Below, in pieces: positions 57,044-64,000 of a stretch of DNA of 64,000 nt. Location: IMG/VR virus record IMGVR_UViG_3300037484_000374, positions 96,001 to 160,000 of that record; one strand, written 5' to 3'. How positions within the stretch are numbered: position 1 is the stretch's first letter; the number at the start of each line of letters is the position of its first letter. Below the pieces are notes generated by a model that had not been told where the DNA came from, did not search any database, and saw only the letters and a list, made by a program, of their open reading frames with translations. The DNA comes from a virus. The position numbers and the translations under genes are program-made.

Positions 57044-57775
57044 TTAATAATTATCGTTGATCCAATTATTTAACCATACAAACAATGAACCCTGTAACTC
57101 TGGTTTATCAAGCCATGTATGATCACAACCCTCGATTGACACTTTATTAGACCAGTAATGGTAGGAGTGTATAATAGTATTTTTAAAAAACTTCTCTTTT
57201 ATTTCATTATAATTATCAAATAGTTTTCCACGACACCCCATAACCTTAGATGAGTTGTTACCACAGTGAACAGGGTAAAACGCTTCGATGGGTACATTAT
57301 AATCTAGCCCGTGATCTCTAACGCATTTGGTGAATAACCACACATTACCCCATGATTTCTTGTGTGTTTTGATGCAACAGTCCAGAACAGGATGATTTTT
57401 AGGTAATCGCATCACCCCGACATTTATAACTTGTGGGTCATATGTTGCTAAGAGGATTTCTTGATCTGGCCACGGTAGGAGAGCAAAAGCATCGGTGTCG
57501 CTATAGTATTCACCTGTCTGCTTCATCATGTGGTATGACCATAGATCAGATGTTGTGCGAACGTCAACACCCTCTTTAAGATACCCCACACTCTCCCATA
57601 TATCATCAGCATTACGGATTTCAACCTCTGGAAGACCACCGATCCAATATGGTGATTCAGGAGTATTCCCCTGTAACCAGATAACTGGTTTATGACCGAC
57701 TATGATATGGGATTTTATTACGAGATTATTAAGAAATTGGAAATCGTTCCCAGACCAGTAAAAATTTATGTTCAT
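57044..57775 (-). CDS. DXD glycosyltransferase (GT32-like)
   Basis: NFYWSG, SDLW...GEYYSDTD, NVGVMRLPKNHP, HYW. Confidence 0.75.
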   Translation of the reverse strand: MNINFYWSGNDFQFLNNLVIKSHIIVGHKPVIWLQGNTPESPYWIGGLPEVEIRNADDIWESVGYLKEGVDVRTTSDLWSYHMMKQTGEYYSDTDAFALLPWPDQEILLATYDPQVINVGVMRLPKNHPVLDCCIKTHKKSWGNVWLFTKCVRDHGLDYNVPIEAFYPVHCGNNSSKVMGCRGKLFDNYNEIKEKFFKNTIIHSYHYWSNKVSIEGCDHTWLDKPELQGSLFVWLNNWINDNY

Positions 57776-57811
57776 GTTTACTCAATACCCTCATTTGATA
57801 TCTTTTCCCTA

Positions 57812-58342
57812 TTATTTCACCACCACTTTAATGATTTCTGGAATAATTATATCGGCTATTTGTTTATTTATCATATCAGCCATCTCTTTGTTGATCTCAG
57901 CTGGGTTCCTACCATCTGATGTACAATGCCCACCATATTGGAATACTTGGGCGGCATCCTTTAATGTGTAGAATTGTTTATACAAATCCTTAATACGCCA
58001 CCAGTTTTTGGAGATACGTGCTGGAACCTCATCGAGAAATGTTTCGAGTTTTTCCCATACAGAGCATCCATTGCTGATAACAACAGCACCCCTTTTCTTT
58101 TCTGACCAAGGGGTTATAAAATTACCAAGGCTATGGCCTCTGATATCTGGCGTTTCAAGAAACGCACCATCGAAATGAGCATGGAAATGCTTGTTGCCAA
58201 TATAACCACCACCCCAATACCATTCACAGGTCCACTTGAAACCCTCAAGAAACACTGGCTCTCTTGAACCATACAGTTCTTTCTTGGTATATCCAAGTCT
58301 CACCTTAAATGAATAATCTTTCTTTTTGAAATCATCGCTCAT
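57812..58342 (-). CDS. hypothetical phage protein
   Basis: 176 aa, WTCEWYWGGGYI; own sigma70 promoter. Confidence 0.65.
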   Translation of the reverse strand: MSDDFKKKDYSFKVRLGYTKKELYGSREPVFLEGFKWTCEWYWGGGYIGNKHFHAHFDGAFLETPDIRGHSLGNFITPWSEKKRGAVVISNGCSVWEKLETFLDEVPARISKNWWRIKDLYKQFYTLKDAAQVFQYGGHCTSDGRNPAEINKEMADMINKQIADIIIPEIIKVVVK

Positions 58343-58416
58343 GGTTTATACCTCATTGTTAAGTAAAGATTTAATCTTATACTGTATTATAACACATAGA
58401 GATCAGATGTCAATGC

Positions 58417-58764
58417 TTACTTTGTAAATTTTGCTTTAATTGTTTCTTCCAGTTTGGCGGCACACTCTGGACAATAACCATGTGATATTGTAATATCCTT
58501 AGAAATCTCCTTGGTTTTGTGCCATTCATCACCTATTCTTATATACTTACAAACACAGCAAATTGTGATGAGATTTTTGGCCGGTGTTGGAACAAATTCT
58601 TCCCAGTATCCACATACCCCATTTGATTCAATGGTTGATCTATTCCATACATATTCCGGTAATGGGTTATGGGAACACCATATTTCATCGTGGAAAGTGT
58701 CAAAATTACGGAAAATACATTCACTACAGGATTTCTCTTGATTGTTGGTTTCGTATTCTATCAT
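58417..58764 (-). CDS. Cys-rich hypothetical protein
   Basis: CCVCK...ISHGYCPEC. Confidence 0.55.
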   Translation of the reverse strand: MIEYETNNQEKSCSECIFRNFDTFHDEIWCSHNPLPEYVWNRSTIESNGVCGYWEEFVPTPAKNLITICCVCKYIRIGDEWHKTKEISKDITISHGYCPECAAKLEETIKAKFTK

Positions 58765-58878
58765 AAATTACCTTGGGTATATTGGCTCAAATCTTCTATC
58801 AGATCATCTATATCCCAAGCCATCCAATACATATCTGTACCGAATTCATGTTCATTTTCATTATTTCTCATTCTCATA

Positions 58879-59685
58879 TTAATAACCATCCTTTATCATT
58901 TTTTTAACACCATCTTCGATGCTGACTTGTGGTTGCCAATCGGTGAGTTCTATCATTGTGCTTATATCAGCCACATTACCCTGAACACCAATACCTCTGT
59001 CATTATTGTATGTAACGGTTGAGTTTTCTCTGTTTTCTGCAAACATATTGGCAAGTTGGTTTATACTTGTTCCAACACCAGTGCCTATATCAACAGTTAC
59101 TCCGTTTAGTTTTTCAAAGTTCTCCATACAGGAAACGATACCACTAATCACATCTTCTATGTATATAAAGTCTCGTACCTGTGTTCCATCACCATCAACT
59201 GTCAGGGCATGGCAATTATATAACTGTTTTGTGAAAACGCTCATGATCGAGCCTTTCTTTTCAAGGTATCCCCCGCCACCATATATATTTGAGAAGTTCA
59301 TCACCACACAATCATTCCTTGTCAGGACAATACCTTCACATATATGCTTATGCATGGCATAGGTAGATTCCTTTGGTGTCTTGGAAGCCTGTGAGGATGC
59401 GAACAATATCGGTATATCATTTTCCCGTGCGAAGTTGGATATGTTTACCGTGGCAAGAACATTATCCCTAAATGCCCTGTTTTTATGATCTTCACATGCC
59501 TGAATCCCAGGAAGGGCCGCTAAGTGTATGATAAAACCACAGTCTGTGTTATCATACGCATTCATGTGGTTGATATCTTTGTTAATTCGTCTATCAATCT
59601 GGACAACATCCCCGCCATCAGCCACAAGATACTGACATAAAATACTTCCAATATACCCCATACTTCCTGTTACCATTATTTTCAT
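58879..59685 (-). CDS. NAD-dependent epimerase/dehydratase (extended SDR)
   Basis: TGSMGYIG, HLAA, YAMHK, GDGTQVRDFIYIED. Confidence 0.9.
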   Translation of the reverse strand: MKIMVTGSMGYIGSILCQYLVADGGDVVQIDRRINKDINHMNAYDNTDCGFIIHLAALPGIQACEDHKNRAFRDNVLATVNISNFARENDIPILFASSQASKTPKESTYAMHKHICEGIVLTRNDCVVMNFSNIYGGGGYLEKKGSIMSVFTKQLYNCHALTVDGDGTQVRDFIYIEDVISGIVSCMENFEKLNGVTVDIGTGVGTSINQLANMFAENRENSTVTYNNDRGIGVQGNVADISTMIELTDWQPQVSIEDGVKKMIKDGY

Positions 59686-60069
59686 ATCAATATCCTCTTT
59701 TTAATTATTGTGTATTATTGTATTTTTTATTGGTCTTCTGACTTATACGTTATCTACACCTTATATAACACTTATCTTTAAATAAAGTGCAAATTTTTTA
59801 TACTTTTTATTAATTTTTTATAAGTTTAGCGTAACTGCACGAAACCCCCATAAAAATCATCTTCAATATTCTTATAGATATCCATCATTTTTTCTTCTTT
59901 TGACCTCTCTTTTTTGGGTTTAAAGTATCACAGTGATATCCAAAGATAACCTCAGCCATCTCTGAAAGATCACAGTCACCCAATTTAAGAAACTCTTCAA
60001 CAGTGATTTCCTTGCAGTCAAGTTTCTTGATCTTTCTTATCATTTCGTTTACATCAATTTTAGTTTTCA

Positions 60070-60318
60070 TTACACATCCCCATTTTCTGCTATCTTTTCT
60101 TCCTCATATGGGACCAACATCCTTCGTTCAATCTCAACGACACACTGTCGTAATTCTCCGAGGAAGTTTTTATAATTATTATAGCTTGGTGGAACAGCAA
60201 ATTTACAAAATGCAAACAAAATATAATTCAGATCACCATCAGCCTTTACATTTAAATCCATCATTAGATCAATTATTGGTGATACTTCAATTCTTCGTTC
60301 TTGTTTAATATATGGCAT
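60070..60318 (-). CDS. conserved hypothetical phage protein
   Basis: MPYIKQERR...GDLNY...PYEEEKIAENGDV. Confidence 0.7.
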   Translation of the reverse strand: MPYIKQERRIEVSPIIDLMMDLNVKADGDLNYILFAFCKFAVPPSYNNYKNFLGELRQCVVEIERRMLVPYEEEKIAENGDV

Positions 60319-60322
60319 GATC

Positions 60323-61003
60323 CTACTCCTTCAAACATTTCAAAAAGAACGCATATCTATCATATGTATTCTCATTTGTGTGCACCACCACATCAACACA
60401 TTTATGACAATAGAGCGGTATCACTTTTGAAACAAACTGGTGTTTTCTTTTTGTAAACGGCTCGCCACAAAGGCTACACAGATATTTATTACCTGAGTGT
60501 CTGTTCCCGTAGATATCACGCTTTAATATCCCATATGGAAGTGTGTCAAGATACACATATAATTCTTTAAAACTGGTGAACAGTTTTGTGCTAAGAGCAT
60601 ACAGCCATCCTGGAATTTCATTGCGCCAATCCTTATAGGAGCTCACTATGAAATTAGGGATATCGTGTAGGTAGGCAAATTGACATTCACTGATCGTACC
60701 GGCGCCCATCCTTGCGCTTCTATCGTAGTATGTTATAAGAGCATCTGTTTGGGTGCGAATTAACTCAAGATCGGAATAAACAAAATGCTTTCTAATATCC
60801 GATTTCCTCTGTATATCATCTTTGGTATCACAGACAGAATAAAGTTCACCATGCTCTTTTGAGTATGAGAGATCGAGTGCTGTAATATCCAGCGGCAAGA
60901 AATCCATCTTCCTGAGTCTGGTTGAACACTTCGTGCGCCATCCACCACCCAAGTTTTTTGCGTATTGCATACCACCACTTAAATAAATTTTACCATTGCT
61001 CAT
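60323..61003 (-). CDS. nucleoside 2-deoxyribosyltransferase-like protein with C-terminal Zn ribbon
   Basis: IYLSGGM, GWR, DLELI..TD, GTISECQFA. Confidence 0.72.
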   Translation of the reverse strand: MSNGKIYLSGGMQYAKNLGGGWRTKCSTRLRKMDFLPLDITALDLSYSKEHGELYSVCDTKDDIQRKSDIRKHFVYSDLELIRTQTDALITYYDRSARMGAGTISECQFAYLHDIPNFIVSSYKDWRNEIPGWLYALSTKLFTSFKELYVYLDTLPYGILKRDIYGNRHSGNKYLCSLCGEPFTKRKHQFVSKVIPLYCHKCVDVVVHTNENTYDRYAFFLKCLKE

Positions 61004-61358
61004 CTGATATTTCCCTCATTTTCTCTACCATTTTCGCCATTAAATGCTCATCATCTGCTATTTTCCTATAGCTAACGGCTTGTCCTTCGATTTTAAAGGG
61101 CACTACATGGAAGAAATATATTTTAATGTAATGGTGACGCTGAAAATTGTATCTATACGTCAACATTGTAAGTTCTTTCAGGTTGAAATACAAATCCATC
61201 GATATCTCAAATGAATTTTTGAGAGAATTCCACTCATCGAATGTCTTAGAAAAGAATATCTTATTATAATCGTATTTTAGTTCAGGATCGTTATTGAAGC
61301 TGGTGTTCTCAGAATACCACCTTACAAAAATGTCCCAAAGGTTATATAGGCTTTCCAT
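60990..61358 (-). CDS. hypothetical protein
   Basis: GAGG RBS, 122 aa. Confidence 0.55.
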   Translation of the reverse strand: MESLYNLWDIFVRWYSENTSFNNDPELKYDYNKIFFSKTFDEWNSLKNSFEISMDLYFNLKELTMLTYRYNFQRHHYIKIYFFHVVPFKIEGQAVSYRKIADDEHLMAKMVEKMREISDEQW

Positions 61359-61574
61359 TTATTATCCTCTTTTTACCTAATTATACCATATTATCACTGG
61401 TATGTAAACCAGCACTATCCCCTTATCCTTAAAAGGTGAATTAATAGGCCGGTGTATTTGATTATATTCTTGGTGTTTCCTATAGCTCTTTTAATCTTTG
61501 GGGTCAAATCACCACCTCTGAATACCTTCAAATCATCCACAGCCTGTTGCTGTATATTGTATAACATCTCTATT

Positions 61575-62129
61575 TTATTCATACTCCACTTCTCCTATAA
61601 ATGCTTCCTCATCGAGCAATCCATTACATTTAACACAGTAATATGTCCCACCTCTGTTTATTCTTTTGTGTCTTATAAGTCCAACCCGATGAATTCTACA
61701 CCCACAATCATATTTGAATTTTCTGGTTGTTAATGATACTTTCACCGAACTTGTATCGTACCGATGACATCTTTGAGGGTTTGAGAAACCCAACATATAC
61801 ATAACTGTTCGCCATTCTTCACCATGAGAACGACGTACCTTGCCGTGGTCATAAACAACTGACAAATGTGCCATTTCATGGGGAATTGTTTCTTTTAAGT
61901 ATGTTTCTCTATTGGCTCTCAATATGTCTACATTTATCCTAATAATCCAATGGGGTTCAAGGTAACTCGTTATGGCTTGACCGGCACATTTTCCTGTCAA
62001 TGAATAGTCAATGGTCGGATATGGTACAAAAAAGCCTTTAGAAACCATTGTAAGAATACAATCTTCAACTTTATCTTTTACTTCTTTCATCAACTCTTTA
62101 TCTGGGATAATTTCTATGATTTTTCTCAC
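61575..62129 (-). CDS. SprT-like zinc metalloprotease
   Basis: CAGQA, TIPHEMAH, HGEEW, YDCGC...CVKC. Confidence 0.9.
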   Translation of the reverse strand: MRKIIEIIPDKELMKEVKDKVEDCILTMVSKGFFVPYPTIDYSLTGKCAGQAITSYLEPHWIIRINVDILRANRETYLKETIPHEMAHLSVVYDHGKVRRSHGEEWRTVMYMLGFSNPQRCHRYDTSSVKVSLTTRKFKYDCGCRIHRVGLIRHKRINRGGTYYCVKCNGLLDEEAFIGEVEYE

Positions 62130-62444
62130 GATAAACCTCTTTGAAAAATGTTATTAAGAATCTTCATCTTCATCATCACCCCAATAGTAACCGTTATCGA
62201 GATGTTCTTGTTTTTCTTTTTTATCGTAATTGTCGTTCCATCTTTCTTCGAGACACCATAAAGGGAACAGCAATGTCTGGTAGAGGAAGTCAACCAAGTT
62301 TGTCGGAGCCGGTGTCTTTACCGTATGGTGAATGGCAAAAACAAACAAAAAGTATCCAATTATTATGACTAATAATGCTTCCATGATCAACTTCCTCTTA
62401 ATTGATTTATCTTATAATGTATTATACCATATTTTCAGGGGTGG

Positions 62445-63380
62445 TCAAGGGATTATTTTATTTTTGTTGCAGGCCATATCAACTGGTCTACAGCCTATAT
62501 CTTTATGTGCTTTTTCTATATGACATTTCTTGCAAAGTGTAACACACATATCGGGGTCGGCACTTTCTATTGGGTTTATTTCAATACCATCGTAGTGGTG
62601 ACATCTAAGGTTTTTTGTGCTACCACATATCTGACATTTGTAATCATCTCTTTCAAGAACTATAGCTCTTAATGCTGATTGATCTGGTCTTGATGTATAT
62701 GGTTTTTCGCCCTTTCGGTATTTTATTTGGTTAAATACGGGACAATCTCTTTTGCATTGATCCGAACAATAAAATCTTCTCTCACCACTGATTTTATTAT
62801 AACCTTTTATAACCTGTATTCTTGTATCAACATTAACTTTTGTTGGGATATACCATTTATCACAATATGTACATTTTACTTCCAAAATATTCTTGTCATC
62901 TGGTGATCTTCTACACTCAACACCGTATGGTGATAGTTGTAGTATATATGTATAATACATTGGAATATTGTTTTTAGCATATCCACCTTTCCATGCTGGG
63001 TTTTTTGAACCAACAGAATTCTTAGTGATTTTATGGTGTCTTGATAATTTTTTCTTTTTATCATCAGACCATTTTCCACCATAATTTGGGTTGTTTTTAC
63101 CAGATACATCATAATGGTTCTTAGACATTTTTTTTCTTGTTTCTTCACTATGTTTTTTTCCATGATTAGGATTATTTTCACCAGATGATGCGCATGATTT
63201 TGAACAAAATATATTCATTCCTTTTTTAAATTTCTTTTTATTAGCAAGATATAATCTACCACACCCGTAGCAATAGTTTAAAATATATTTTTTTCTATTA
63301 TTATCTGTATCACCAATAGTCCAATGATTATATTTTGGATCAAATCTTAAATTTTTACAATTCTCATAACTTATCTTCAT
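62445..63380 (-). CDS. NUMOD3-HNH homing endonuclease
   Basis: GKKHSEETRKKMS, KNPAWKGG, RDDYKCQICG...HH...TLCKKCH. Confidence 0.85.
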   Translation of the reverse strand: MKISYENCKNLRFDPKYNHWTIGDTDNNRKKYILNYCYGCGRLYLANKKKFKKGMNIFCSKSCASSGENNPNHGKKHSEETRKKMSKNHYDVSGKNNPNYGGKWSDDKKKKLSRHHKITKNSVGSKNPAWKGGYAKNNIPMYYTYILQLSPYGVECRRSPDDKNILEVKCTYCDKWYIPTKVNVDTRIQVIKGYNKISGERRFYCSDQCKRDCPVFNQIKYRKGEKPYTSRPDQSALRAIVLERDDYKCQICGSTKNLRCHHYDGIEINPIESADPDMCVTLCKKCHIEKAHKDIGCRPVDMACNKNKIIP

Positions 63381-63492
63381 ATTGGCATTATACCATACTG
63401 AGATAAAATGTCAAGTAAAAAGTGAGTAAATATGTGATTTTATTTAAGGGTTGTGTATTTTTAGGAAGGAACTTGGTGGTTTTTACTCAATA

Positions 63493-63525
63493 AAAAACCC
63501 CCACCAGAATTAACCAGTGGGGGGA
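63493..63525 (-). terminator. intrinsic terminator after major capsid gene
   Basis: CCCCCAC/GTGGGGG hairpin with T6 on minus strand. Confidence 0.8.
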
Positions 63526-63563
63526 TTGTGTACTTTTACTTATCAGTCTTTTACTTTAAAAAC

Positions 63564-64000
63564 TTATACAAAATTTGAAAGTATCAGACGAATATAATAG
63601 TTAGATGAACCGAAGATATTGTCATGTATAGCATATCTGCTCATCAAACCAATTGTACTATTGAATGAATCTTCAAAAACCGCTTTACTTGCCATCAACT
63701 GAATATATGGCAAATATACGACCCCTGTATCATACTCGCTTGGACCTTTATAACCAATTACAAGGTCATCAGAAGTAGCGAATGTGTCACGATATACACT
63801 CATACGACCTTCAAGAGAACCAACTTTTGCAACACCAACAACTGCTGTATTTACGTCAGCATTTACAGGTGCAGTGGTGAAAGCGGCGGTTGCTTCAAGA
63901 GCAGCGCATGGTTGAGGAGCAGTAACAACGAAGTTACCAGCACCCCTACGAGTGTCGATAGCAATCTGATTTGCTTTTTTGATGATATGGTTGTAAAGGT
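63564..64000 (-). CDS. major capsid protein (T4 gp23-like), 3' end, runs off window
   Basis: TRRGAGNFVV, VAKVGSLEGR, GYKGPSEYDTGVVYLPY, SFNSTIGLMSRY. Confidence 0.92.
   Translation of the reverse strand, partial: LYNHIIKKANQIAIDTRRGAGNFVVTAPQPCAALEATAAFTTAPVNADVNTAVVGVAKVGSLEGRMSVYRDTFATSDDLVIGYKGPSEYDTGVVYLPYIQLMASKAVFEDSFNSTIGLMSRYAIHDNIFGSSNYYIRLILSNFV

Noticed and set aside
1-64000. Genome-wide stop-codon reassignment
   Set aside because: Core genes are full length under the standard code, TGA and TAG end genes at sensible positions, and no suppressor tRNA was seen.

Overview
AT-rich segment of a large T4-like (gp23/gp32/gp61, TATAAATA late promoters) dsDNA phage, probably infecting an anaerobic Gram-negative host (class III RNR, signal-peptide beta-barrel-like protein). 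It carries replication and nucleotide genes (C-terminal half of ligA, gp32, Holliday junction resolvase, prs, RNase H, dut, intein-containing nrdD, nrdG, primase), a glycosylation gene set including UDP-sulfoquinovose synthase, two tRNA clusters, a captured restriction-modification locus with a broken endonuclease, a TnpB remnant and the 3' end of the major capsid gene. Two structures stand out. (1) Each tRNA cluster is preceded by a late promoter, a short unannotated leader ORF and a terminator/antiterminator switch overlapping the leader stop codon; each leader is made almost entirely of the amino acids carried by the tRNAs directly downstream, suggesting ribosome-mediated attenuation that turns on phage tRNA supply when host tRNAs run short. 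(2) A GC-richer 43.2-47.7 kb block is an array of integron-type attC cassettes with no integrase in the window. A late gene with an in-frame UGA followed by a SECIS-like hairpin is a third candidate. All calls are from reading the sequence by eye; no searches or folding programs were run.
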